This document shows, one piece after another, positions 48,190 through 57,206 of a stretch of 64,000 bases of DNA. A program made the translations under genes and the position numbers. The notes under the pieces are model-generated. The model made no database searches. It was not told the DNA's origin and was given only the letters and a program-made list of their open reading frames with translations. The DNA comes from Desulfovibrionaceae bacterium (GTDB taxonomy: Bacteria > Desulfobacterota > Desulfovibrionia > Desulfovibrionales > Desulfovibrionaceae). The stretch's first letter is position 1, and every line of letters begins with the position of its first letter. The DNA lies in contig WSYE01000011.1 in NCBI GenBank assembly GCA_009773665.1, positions 1,767-65,766 of the forward strand. Reading direction: 5' to 3'.

Positions 48190-49350
48190 ATGGACCACGC
48201 AATCCGCATCCTGCACCTGGACATGGACGCCTTCTTCGCGTCGGTGGAGCAGCTGGACGACCCGGCGCTGCGCGGCAGGCCCGTGATCGTGGGCAAGGGC
48301 GACCGGGGTGTGGTGTCGGCGGCCTCCTACGAGGCGCGCGTGTTTGGCGTGCGCTCGGCCATGCCGGTGGTGCAGGCCCGCAAGCTGTGCCCGCAGGGGG
48401 TGTTCGTGGGCGGGCGCATGAGCCGCTACGCCGAGGTGTCGCGCCAGGTGATGGCCGTGCTGGGGGATTTCTCTCCTCTGGTGGAGCAGGCCTCGGTGGA
48501 CGAGGCCTACATGGACATCACCGGCACCCGGAACCTGTTCGGGCCGCCAAGTGAGCTTGCCCGCTCGCTTCAGGCCAGGGTCAAAGAGGTCACGGGGTTG
48601 TCCTGCTCGGTGGGGGTGGCCCCGGTGAAGTTCCTGGCCAAGATAGCCTCTGATTACCGCAAGCCCGGCGGCGTGACCATCATCGAACCTGAGGACGTCG
48701 AAGCGTTTCTGAAAGACCTGCCCGTGGGCAAAATTCCAGGCGTTGGCGGCAAGACCCTGCCCCGGCTGGCGGGCCTGGGGGTGAAGACCTGCGGCGACGT
48801 GCTGCGCTACTCGGGCGAGTTCTGGGAGCGCCACCTGGGCGAGTGGGGGCGGGTGCTGCATGCGCGCGCCATGGGGCGAGGCTCCACGGAGATCGTCACC
48901 CACGGCGAGGCCAAGTCCTCAAGCGCGGAGAACACCTTCGAGAGGGACCTGTTCGACGTGGAGGAGCTGCGCCGCTGGCTGCTCAGGCAGTCCGAGCGGG
49001 TAGGGCACGACCTGCGCAAACACGGCTGGCAGGGCCGCACCGTGACGCTCAAGCTCAAGTTTTCGGATTTTAAGCAGATAACCCGGAGTTTGACGCTCAA
49101 GGAACCCACGGACTCCGACGGGATTATCTTCCAGACGGCCTGCGCCCTGCTGGATCAGGTGACCTTAAGCCAGAAGGTGCGGCTTATCGGCGTCGGGGTG
49201 TCCAACTTCGCCAAGGGTATGCGCCAGGAAAGCCTGCTCCCAGACCCGGAAAAAGAGCGCCTGAGCAAGCTGGACAAGGCCCTGGACGCCATCCGGGGCA
49301 AGCACGGCAAGGCGGCCCTGAAACGCGGGCGGCTTTTTACGGGTGATTAA
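48190..49350 (+). CDS. dinB: DNA polymerase IV
   Basis: LHLDMDAFFASVEQ, SYEAR.FGVRSAMP, SVDEAY, LAKIASD..KP.G, RLIGVGVS. Confidence 0.95.
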   Translation: MDHAIRILHLDMDAFFASVEQLDDPALRGRPVIVGKGDRGVVSAASYEARVFGVRSAMPVVQARKLCPQGVFVGGRMSRYAEVSRQVMAVLGDFSPLVEQASVDEAYMDITGTRNLFGPPSELARSLQARVKEVTGLSCSVGVAPVKFLAKIASDYRKPGGVTIIEPEDVEAFLKDLPVGKIPGVGGKTLPRLAGLGVKTCGDVLRYSGEFWERHLGEWGRVLHARAMGRGSTEIVTHGEAKSSSAENTFERDLFDVEELRRWLLRQSERVGHDLRKHGWQGRTVTLKLKFSDFKQITRSLTLKEPTDSDGIIFQTACALLDQVTLSQKVRLIGVGVSNFAKGMRQESLLPDPEKERLSKLDKALDAIRGKHGKAALKRGRLFTGD

Positions 49351-49357
49351 TGACGCG

Positions 49358-49389
49358 ATTTTGAAAAACGTGGACACGTTTTTCAAAAT
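49358..49389. repeat. Perfect 15-bp inverted repeat between convergent genes
   Basis: ATTTTGAAAAACGTG-GA-CACGTTTTTCAAAAT. Confidence 0.7.
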
Positions 49390-49492
49390 TAAAACCCATG
49401 GTTCTCTGTATTGCTTCTCGGTTTCGCAGAGACGGACTTCTGCAGCCCACTAGATCCCTCATCCTACGCGCGAGGGGACGTGCCGGGGCCTC

Positions 49493-51751
49493 TCAACGCC
49501 CGTAGAGCATTAAGTACATTGCCTGATTCCCCAGAATCCGCTTCACGTAATCGCGCGTCTCCGTATACGGGATGAACTCCACGAACAGTTCCGGGTCGAT
49601 GCCGCCCAGGAACTCCTTCCAGACCCTCACTTTCACCTGCCCGGCGTTGTAGCTGGCCAGGGTCAGCGGCAGGTTGCCGCCGTATTCCTCGTATCGCTCC
49701 AGGAAAAAGCGCACGCCGATGCGCACGTTCACGGCAGGGTCTTTGAGGCTCTCGGGCCGAAATCCCTTCTCCCCCAGTTTTTCCAGCAAGGTACGGGCCG
49801 TGGCGGGCATCACCTGCATCAGCCCCACGGCTCCGGCCCCGCTCACGGCGTCGGGTTCGAAGAAGCTCTCCTGGCGGATCAGGCCCCGGATGATGTTGGG
49901 GTCCACGTCCGTTCCTACCAGATTTCGCGTGACCAGCTCCTCGAAGCGGTTGGGGTACACAATGTCGCGCAGGGGTTGCAGATCCTGGCGCGAACCGCGC
50001 GTCAGGCAGGGCCAGTACGCGCGCGACACGGCGCGCACCGCCGCCAGATGGTTGCCCTGGTCGGTTGCCAGGCGGGCCTGGCGCAGGGCCACGCTTGCAT
50101 CTTTGGGGTACTGCGCGGCAAGGGCGGCCAGTTCTCGCTCGGCCAGTTCCGGCAGCAGCAAATCCCGCAACAGCTCCGCGCGCGCGATGCCCTGCGCCGC
50201 TTCTGGTGAAGGGGGCAGCCCGGCAGCCGGAGGGCAGGTGGGCGGAGCCAGAACTTCCCGGACGTCCCCAGCGCCATCCAGATCGGAAGCGCCAGGAGCT
50301 CCTGCTTCGGAGGTAACCGGCCCAGCTCCCAAGGCGGCCATCTTCCGGGCGGCCAGCATGCCGTAGTACCCGTTGGGCCAGCGCGAAAGCACTCGGCCCA
50401 GGCTGGTCTTCGCAGAGGCAAAATCACCGGCGGCCTCTTTGGCGCGGGCCGTCCAGTAGTGCACGGCGGGGGCGTAGTCGGAAGTGGGATACTTTTGGGC
50501 GAAAGCGGCCAGTGCGGCTTCGGCCCCGGCATAATCCTCCAGGGCGAAGCGCAGGAGTCCGGCCAGCCATGCGGCCTGTTCGCGTGATTCGGTGGCTTCC
50601 GGGCCGGATTGCGATAGTTCCACGGCAAGGGGCAGCGCTTCCAGAAAGCGCCCGCGCTCCATGCGTGAGAGCAGGAGCAGGCGGCGGCTGGCCTCGGCCA
50701 GTTCAGCGCCGTCGGGGAGCGCACCGGCGCGGCGCAGGGCGTCCCTCAGGAGTTCATCCATGCGGATGGCGTCCTCGGGGCCGGAGAAGCGCCAGTAGCA
50801 GCGCCCCTGATGGTAGACGGCCCAGGCTGCAAGCATCGGGTCAGTGGCCATGCGGGCGGCGTCCTCGAAGTATTGCACCGCCGTCTGGGTGTCGCGTTTG
50901 GCGTAGAGGGCCTTGGCCTTCAGGTACAGCACGCGGGCCTGATCCGCGCCGGGGGCGCGCACCATCTGCTCGATCAGGGGAGTAGCCTTGGCGGTCATGG
51001 ATTTGTCCAGCAGGACCTCGATGCGCTTGCGCAGGGAGTCGGCGGAGTCTGGGGCGAAAGCGATGCGCCCGGCACGCGAGAGCTCCAGGGCCAGGGGCTC
51101 GGCCTTGTCGGCGGAGGACGTCCAGGGCGAGGTGAGGATCAGCTCCCGCAGATAGCCCTCGGCGGCGGGGTAGTCTCCCCCGGCTGAGGCAAGCGCGGCG
51201 GCGCGCCACAGGGCCACGGGGCGCAGCGGCTGGCCGTCCAGCTCCAGGAAACGCCGATAGCGCTCCAGGGCCTGATTCTGCGCCGAACCAAGTCCCTCAA
51301 GACAATAGGCGGACAGAAGAAGCGCCTCGGCTCCCAAAACCGGGTCCGAGGGCGCGATGGCGTCCAGTTCAGCCAGAGCGGCCTGATACTCGCCCAGCCT
51401 GAAACGCGCGAAGCCGAGGTAAAACCGCGCCCAGCCAGCCATCTCGGGAAGCTTTGCCGCCACGGGGGCCAGCGTGGCCGCAGCCTGTGCGTACTGCTTG
51501 GAGTGGACCTGCATGATGCCCAGAGCCAGGGAATTCTGGGGCGTCTGGGGACGCGCGGCCAGGGTCTTCAGCTTTCCGGGCAGGTCCTGGATGGTCGCAG
51601 CCAGGGGGCGTGGCAGGGCATACTCCTGCACTGCCCCCGGATTCTGCGCCTGCGCAAAACTGTCCATGGGGAGCCACAGCGTCCACACAGACAACGACAG
51701 CGCCAGAAAGACGGACCTCACACAAGCGCGAGTAATGATCGAACGTTTCAT
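49493..51751 (-). CDS. Soluble lytic transglycosylase with TPR-like scaffold (Slt70-like)
   Basis: Signal peptide, TPR-like helices, IRQESFF, GLMQVMP, ASYNAG, IPY.ETRDYV. Confidence 0.9.
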   Translation of the reverse strand: MKRSIITRACVRSVFLALSLSVWTLWLPMDSFAQAQNPGAVQEYALPRPLAATIQDLPGKLKTLAARPQTPQNSLALGIMQVHSKQYAQAAATLAPVAAKLPEMAGWARFYLGFARFRLGEYQAALAELDAIAPSDPVLGAEALLLSAYCLEGLGSAQNQALERYRRFLELDGQPLRPVALWRAAALASAGGDYPAAEGYLRELILTSPWTSSADKAEPLALELSRAGRIAFAPDSADSLRKRIEVLLDKSMTAKATPLIEQMVRAPGADQARVLYLKAKALYAKRDTQTAVQYFEDAARMATDPMLAAWAVYHQGRCYWRFSGPEDAIRMDELLRDALRRAGALPDGAELAEASRRLLLLSRMERGRFLEALPLAVELSQSGPEATESREQAAWLAGLLRFALEDYAGAEAALAAFAQKYPTSDYAPAVHYWTARAKEAAGDFASAKTSLGRVLSRWPNGYYGMLAARKMAALGAGPVTSEAGAPGASDLDGAGDVREVLAPPTCPPAAGLPPSPEAAQGIARAELLRDLLLPELAERELAALAAQYPKDASVALRQARLATDQGNHLAAVRAVSRAYWPCLTRGSRQDLQPLRDIVYPNRFEELVTRNLVGTDVDPNIIRGLIRQESFFEPDAVSGAGAVGLMQVMPATARTLLEKLGEKGFRPESLKDPAVNVRIGVRFFLERYEEYGGNLPLTLASYNAGQVKVRVWKEFLGGIDPELFVEFIPYTETRDYVKRILGNQAMYLMLYGR

Positions 51752-51900
51752 GACTCACGTTTAGCCGGGTTCGCCTTGCCGGGCAAAGGGAAAGAGACGC
51801 GGAGCGCTGCGTTCCAAATACGCCTCTATCGAGTCGGCTCCCGCACCAAACTAATGATCGTGTGTGCCGTCCCTTGCCTTTGGGCCGCTTATCAGGGTTT

Positions 51901-51932
51901 CCAAAGGGCGGAGCCCTTTGGCCGCCGGAGGC
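51901..51932. repeat. Interspersed palindromic repeat (same family as 46612-46917)
   Basis: CCAAAGGGC-GGA-GCCCTTTGG followed by CCGCCGGAGGC. Confidence 0.7.
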
Positions 51933-51999
51933 TATCTTCTCGACATCACACTCATAATTCGGCCATGGCCCCCAAAATCCTCCCCGACTCACGCCCACG

Positions 52000-52034
52000 A
52001 AAAAAGGGCCGACGGGATATCCTCCCATCGGCCC
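52000..52034 (-). terminator. Terminator after molybdopterin oxidoreductase
   Basis: AAAAAAGGGCCGACGGGA..TCCCATCGGCCC. Confidence 0.7.
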
Positions 52035-52066
52035 CTGTTCTCAACAGGTGATTCTCTTCGCCAACA

Positions 52067-54151
52067 CTACGCCTTGGCGACGGTCACGAAGAACTCCTGC
52101 ATGGCCAGACCACCGCCGGGCGCAGACTCCAGGGCCAGCCCGCCGCGCATGAGCTCGTTGTCGGAGACGCCCTTGCCGAAGGCGCGGGTCTCCACGGGCA
52201 GAGTGTGGCCGAAGCCGTGCACCATGAAGGCGGCCTCGGGGTGGATGAACTCGGTGACGAAAGCCTTGAGGCTTCCGCTGAACCCGCCCGAGGACACCGT
52301 GACCAGATCGCCGTCCTTTATGCCCAGAGCTTTGGCACGCGCGGCGTTCAACCACAGGACGTTCTCGGGGAACTGCTCGTTCAAGAGCGGGTTGTTGACG
52401 GTGTGGCCTTGGGTGTGGGTGCCAACGCGACCGAAGGCGATGCGGAACTGGTTTTCGCCTTCGGGTCTGGCGGGCGACTTGTAGGGGGCCAGGGATTCGT
52501 ATCCGGCCTTTTCCCACTTCTCACTGATCATCTCAAGCTTGCCCGAGGGCGTGGCGAACTTGAGTTCGTCCACCTTCAGATAGCGGGGTTCGCTGGCCAG
52601 ACCCACGAAGCCCTTTTTGGCCAGATCCTCGGGAGTGACGCCCGTTCCTTCCAGCTGGTAGGCCCAGATGTCCTCGATGGACTTGAAGGCGAAGTTCTCG
52701 ATGCCCATCTTCTCGGCCAGCCCACACAGGATCTCCCAGTCGGCCTTGGTCTCGAAGCGGGGGGTGACGGCGCGCTGGCGGCAGAAGAGCTGCGGCTTCA
52801 GGCCGCCCTTCTGGGCCACGATGGACTCGCGCGAGAGGTAGGGCGACAGGGGCAACACCACGTCGGAGTACCAGGCCGTGTCGGACCAGGTGAAGGTGAC
52901 GCTCACCAGCAGGTCCAACTTGTCCCAGATGCGGCGGATGGCGTCGGGGTCGGGCATGGCCATGAGGGGGTCGTGGCGGAAGGCGATGTAGGCCTTCACG
53001 TCGTAAGGGTCGGATGAGTCTATGGCTTCGAAAGCCTTGTGCAGAAGGCCGGGGCCTGCGTCATGTGCGGTCAGCTTCCAGCCAACGCCGTCGGCGCGCT
53101 TTTCTTCTGGCTTGGGGAAAAGGTCCACCAGCTTCTTGATGCCCTGGCGTCCGACGTCCTTGGGGGTGCTGGCGATGGGCAGCCCGCCCTTGGCGCCGAT
53201 GGAGCCCAGCAGGGCGTTAATGATGTAGGCGCTGCGGCACACGTAGAAGGAGTCGGTGTAGCGGGCCACCATCCAGCCGGGGTGCCAGATGACGTGGGGC
53301 GCGGCCTTGGAGAGGTCCTTGGCCAGCTTGGAGATGGCCTTGGCCTCCACGCCGCACTCCTTGGCGGCCCACTCCGGGGAGTAGGGCTCCACGAAGGTGC
53401 GCAGGCGGTCCAGGTCCTTGATCCACATTTCGGCGTAGGCTTTGTCGTAGAGGCCCTTGTGAAGAAGCTCGTGGATCACGGCGAGGTTGAAGGCATAGTC
53501 CGTGCCGGGGCGGATCATGAAGAAGTTGTCGGCCTTGCTGGCGGACACGTTGGCGCGGATGTCGATGCAGGTCAGCTCGCACCCCTTGTCGATGCCGTCC
53601 AGGACGCCGTTGACCTCGGCCACGTTGATGGCCTCGAAGATGTTGCGCGTCTGGAGCACGATGTGCTTGGCGTTGGCGTAGTCGTAGACGAACTCCGTTC
53701 GGGGTCGCCCGGTGACGGAACGGCAGCCGTGCATGACGTTTCGCGCGCAGGACACGTCGTGGTTGCAGTAGTTGGGCGAGCCCAACGCGCGCATGAAGCC
53801 CTGATGCAGGTCCACAAAGGGGCCGCCCCGGTCGGAGAAGAGCACCGTGCGGGGGCCGTGCTTGTCCATGAGTTCCTGAAGCTTCGCGCCCACGTAGTCG
53901 AAGGCTTCCTCCCAGCTTACGCGCGCCCATTTGCCCTCGCCGCGCGCTCCCTGGCGTATCATGGGATACTGGGGCCTCTCGGCGTCGGCTTCCAGGGCCG
54001 GTCCGGCTGCGCCGCGTGCGCACAAGGCTCCTTTGAGCGGAGAATGAGGATTACCCTGGATAAAACGGATTTCCCCGTCTTCCACGTCCACCATGATCGG
54101 GCAGCGCACGGTGCACATGCCGCAGACGCTGAAGACTTCCTTCTTGGACAT
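52067..54151 (-). CDS. Molybdopterin oxidoreductase, PhsA/PsrA (thiosulfate/polysulfide reductase)-like, no Tat signal
   Basis: N-terminal CGMCTVRC..LCARG, NHDVSC (candidate Cys Mo ligand), SDTAWYSDVVLP, HTQGHT.NNP.L, HGFG; GGAGG RBS before ATG 54151. Confidence 0.88.
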   Translation of the reverse strand: MSKKEVFSVCGMCTVRCPIMVDVEDGEIRFIQGNPHSPLKGALCARGAAGPALEADAERPQYPMIRQGARGEGKWARVSWEEAFDYVGAKLQELMDKHGPRTVLFSDRGGPFVDLHQGFMRALGSPNYCNHDVSCARNVMHGCRSVTGRPRTEFVYDYANAKHIVLQTRNIFEAINVAEVNGVLDGIDKGCELTCIDIRANVSASKADNFFMIRPGTDYAFNLAVIHELLHKGLYDKAYAEMWIKDLDRLRTFVEPYSPEWAAKECGVEAKAISKLAKDLSKAAPHVIWHPGWMVARYTDSFYVCRSAYIINALLGSIGAKGGLPIASTPKDVGRQGIKKLVDLFPKPEEKRADGVGWKLTAHDAGPGLLHKAFEAIDSSDPYDVKAYIAFRHDPLMAMPDPDAIRRIWDKLDLLVSVTFTWSDTAWYSDVVLPLSPYLSRESIVAQKGGLKPQLFCRQRAVTPRFETKADWEILCGLAEKMGIENFAFKSIEDIWAYQLEGTGVTPEDLAKKGFVGLASEPRYLKVDELKFATPSGKLEMISEKWEKAGYESLAPYKSPARPEGENQFRIAFGRVGTHTQGHTVNNPLLNEQFPENVLWLNAARAKALGIKDGDLVTVSSGGFSGSLKAFVTEFIHPEAAFMVHGFGHTLPVETRAFGKGVSDNELMRGGLALESAPGGGLAMQEFFVTVAKA

Positions 54152-54333
54152 ATTGGCCTCCTGACGGCTTTTGCTATCGACTCTGGACGGGACGGCGCAT
54201 CTCGCGCAGACGCAACCCTGGATTCTTTGCCGCCCCTCGTAACAGTTCCGAAAACCCATGACAAGGCGGCGTGGAGATTGGGATAATAATAACAAGGGTT
54301 GCCACTATTTTTAATTGCACCTATGGAATTCGC

Positions 54334-54699
54334 ATGAGTCAGGCAACTGCCATATCCTACCGCAGCGCTTCGGATTGGAGTCGCCTGGACCCGGTGGAAC
54401 GGCTCAAGCGCATGGCGCGGGGCGCGCACGCCCGGATCATCGAATTGGAACACGCCTCAGGGGGCATGTTCAGGGAATCGGTAAGCGTTGAGTACCATCT
54501 GCGTTACGCCGAGGCCAATCTGTACGACCATCTGGCAGGCCAGGGTGGCATGTCCGACGCGGGTTCTCGCCGGGCCTGCCTGCTTGCATTGATGGACGGC
54601 GCGTCGTGGAGCCCCGTGGGGAACCGGCTGGCACTGAACGAGGGCAGGTACCGCTCCCAGATGGTGCTTCGACTTGCGGATTTCCTTACAAGTGTGTAA
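54334..54699 (+). CDS. Hypothetical protein
   Basis: Fills the gap between divergent genes; about 121 aa, helical; start uncertain. Confidence 0.55.
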   Translation: MSQATAISYRSASDWSRLDPVERLKRMARGAHARIIELEHASGGMFRESVSVEYHLRYAEANLYDHLAGQGGMSDAGSRRACLLALMDGASWSPVGNRLALNEGRYRSQMVLRLADFLTSV

Positions 54700-54837
54700 T
54701 GAAAATGGACTATCGCTTTATTGCGAACTTCTCAAGTGATTTGATTTGTTTTCTTGATAGAACACAAGCGCGAAGGCCCAGGCCCCGCGTGAAGCCGTAA
54801 AACCAGCAAGGCGGTCGCCAGGGCCGCGGGGGTAAGC

Positions 54838-55359
54838 ATGAGCCTCTACTACATCAAGACGGACGCGAAACGCTGCATCAGCTGCAAGGCCTGCGAGGTC
54901 CACTGCAAATCCAAGAACAGGGTGCCTTTGGGAGCGCGGCTGGGACAGCTGGTCAGCGTCGGCCCGGTGAACAAGGGCGGCAAGCCCAAGATCATGAGCC
55001 TGTTCATGCCCTGCTTCCATTGCGAGGAGCCCTGGTGCGTGTCCGCATGCCCCACCGGTGCCATGACGCGCCGCGAGAAGGACGGTATCGTGTTCGTGCA
55101 GCCCAAGCTGTGCGTCGGCTGCAAGGCCTGCATCGTGGCCTGCCCCTGGAACGTACCCCAGTGGGATGAAAGCGCCGGAAAAGCCATCAAGTGCGATTTC
55201 TGCCGCGACCGCATCGACGACGGCAAGAACCCAGCCTGCGTCACCGGCTGCACTGCCCACGCGCTGGAGTTCGTGCGGCCAAACGTTGCTTCCAGGAATG
55301 TCCGCGCCTCATGGGGCGAGAAGCTTCTGAAGCATCAGTTGGAAGAACCTGGACTCTAA
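54838..55359 (+). CDS. 4Fe-4S dicluster protein (PhsB/DmsB-like)
   Basis: CISCKACEVHC, CFHCEEPWCVSACP, CVGCKACIVACP, KCDFC..PACVTGC. Confidence 0.92.
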   Translation: MSLYYIKTDAKRCISCKACEVHCKSKNRVPLGARLGQLVSVGPVNKGGKPKIMSLFMPCFHCEEPWCVSACPTGAMTRREKDGIVFVQPKLCVGCKACIVACPWNVPQWDESAGKAIKCDFCRDRIDDGKNPACVTGCTAHALEFVRPNVASRNVRASWGEKLLKHQLEEPGL

Positions 55360-55416
55360 CCTCCCTGACAACGGGGGGGTCGCTCTTCAATCCGATACGA
55401 GAAAGGAGTTGTAGGC

Positions 55417-56688
55417 ATGTCGAGAAAACGCGCGATCATTTCTACGGTGATGCTGTGCCTGGTGCTGGCATCGTACTACGTGCCCATGGGGACGGCACAG
55501 GACAAAGCGGCGGCTCCCGCCGTGGCCGCTCCGGCCGCCCCTGGTACGCCCGCCGCTGCCGCCCCGGCCCCCCAGGCTGGTGGAACCATCACCCTGACCG
55601 TGGACAAGCAGGCCATTGACAACGGCGGCGACCTCAAGGTGAGCGGCAAGGCCGCCCCCGGCTCCCAAGTGTACCTGGAAGTCTACAACGACAACAAGGT
55701 GCGCGCCGTTTACTTCGACGACCGCAAGCCCGACGAGAACACCCCGCCTCCCTACAAGCTCTATCTCACCCATGACATGCCCGCCTTCTACCAGATCTGC
55801 ATCCCCAAGGATAAGGCCGAGGCCCTGTCCAAGGTGCCCGGATCAGGACCCAAGTTCCAGTATTCCCAGGTGTTGAAGGATCTGGGCGCGGACGTGGCCT
55901 ATAACGCCCCTGCCAAGATCGACATCGACGCCTTCAAAGCCTCGATCATGGCCTCCATCATCGGTTCGCGCGGCGACCTGATGCCCAAGCTGGACGCCCC
56001 CGAGACCAAGCGCCGCTCCATGCAGCTCACCAAGGCCCGCTTCCGCAACAAGGGCAAGCTGCTGGCCCCCATCGTGGAGACCGCCGCCGACGGCGCCTTC
56101 ACCGCCATGGTGAAGATCCCCACCGGCTCCGCCCCCGGCAAGTACACCATCGTGGCCTACGCCGGTAAGGACAAGTCCGCCCCGGCAACCATCGACAACA
56201 AGATCGCCTTCCCCGTGATGTACCTGGAGAACGCCGGAACCAGCCTGAACGTGTTCTGGCCCTTCCTGCTGACCCTGGTCATCGCTGTGTTCGGCGTGCT
56301 CATCGGCGCGGGTGGCGGCTTCATCATGAACCCGGTGCTCCTGGCCCTGTTCCCGACCCTGCCCCACACCATCGTGGCCGGCACCGTCACCCCCACCGTG
56401 CTCTTCTCCCAGGGCTCGGGCGTGTACAACTACTCCAAGATCAAGTTCATCAGCTGGAAGCTGGGCATCATCCTGGGCCTGGCCATGGCTGCGGGTGGCT
56501 TCATCGGCCCCAAGCTGACGGAGCTCATCTCCATCGAGCAGTACAAGTTCGTCTTCGGCTGGATCCTGCTGGTCCTGGCCGCCCTGTTGTTCTGGCAGAC
56601 CACGCCTGGCTACATCGCCAAGAACAAGAAGGAACAAGCCATTCTCAAGGAATTCAAGAAGCGCGCCGAAGAATCGGCCAAGAGCTAA
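55417..56688 (+). CDS. TauE/SafE (TSUP) family protein, N-half, fused to a large exported domain
   Basis: Signal peptide, A/P linker, about 230-aa soluble domain, then one TSUP repeat (GAGGGFIMNP..VAGT, about 4 TM). Confidence 0.8.
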   Translation: MSRKRAIISTVMLCLVLASYYVPMGTAQDKAAAPAVAAPAAPGTPAAAAPAPQAGGTITLTVDKQAIDNGGDLKVSGKAAPGSQVYLEVYNDNKVRAVYFDDRKPDENTPPPYKLYLTHDMPAFYQICIPKDKAEALSKVPGSGPKFQYSQVLKDLGADVAYNAPAKIDIDAFKASIMASIIGSRGDLMPKLDAPETKRRSMQLTKARFRNKGKLLAPIVETAADGAFTAMVKIPTGSAPGKYTIVAYAGKDKSAPATIDNKIAFPVMYLENAGTSLNVFWPFLLTLVIAVFGVLIGAGGGFIMNPVLLALFPTLPHTIVAGTVTPTVLFSQGSGVYNYSKIKFISWKLGIILGLAMAAGGFIGPKLTELISIEQYKFVFGWILLVLAALLFWQTTPGYIAKNKKEQAILKEFKKRAEESAKS

Positions 56689-56713
56689 CCAGCACCCAAA
56701 GGGAGAGACGACT

Positions 56714-57109
56714 ATGTATATGGAAGTTGAATTCTGGGGACAGACCTTCAAGGTCAACATGATCATCGGCCTGATTGGCTCCTTCCTGCTGGCCATCGTG
56801 GCCTCCATGATGGGATTCGGCGGCGGCCCCTTCATGATGCCCCTCATGTCCGTTGTGCTGGGCCTGCCCATGTACCTGGTGGTGGGCAGCTCGCTTCTGG
56901 CCATCTTCTTCAACACGGCCATGAGTTCCATGCGCCACTACCAGTTCGGCAACTTCGACCTGACCTTCTTCCTCATGATGTTCCCGGCGGCCATCCTGGG
57001 CGGCTTCATCGCCCCCCAGATCGCCAAGCGCATCAGCCCCCTGACCGTGAAGCGCGTCGCCGTGGTGGGCCTTCTGCTGCTGGCCCTGAACCTGTTCGGC
57101 GTCTACTAG
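56714..57109 (+). CDS. TauE/SafE family protein, C-half
   Basis: GFGGGPFMMP...VVGSSL, second TSUP repeat; own RBS GGGAGA. Confidence 0.8.
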   Translation: MYMEVEFWGQTFKVNMIIGLIGSFLLAIVASMMGFGGGPFMMPLMSVVLGLPMYLVVGSSLLAIFFNTAMSSMRHYQFGNFDLTFFLMMFPAAILGGFIAPQIAKRISPLTVKRVAVVGLLLLALNLFGVY

Positions 57110-57135
57110 GCCCGGAACACTCGCACGCAATTGGC

Positions 57136-57170
57136 AGAAGCCCCGCCCGAAAGGGCGGGGCTTCTTTGTT
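57136..57170 (+). terminator. Rho-independent terminator
   Basis: AGAAGCCCCGCCC-GAAA-GGGCGGGGCTTCT + TTGTT. Confidence 0.85.
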
Positions 57171-57206
57171 TGCAAGCATTTACAAGCACCGCCACGCGCG
57201 GTAAGG

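Noticed and set aside
53740-53770. Selenocysteine as Mo ligand in the PhsA-like enzyme
   Set aside because: Frame is uninterrupted and the candidate ligand position is Cys (NHDVSC)
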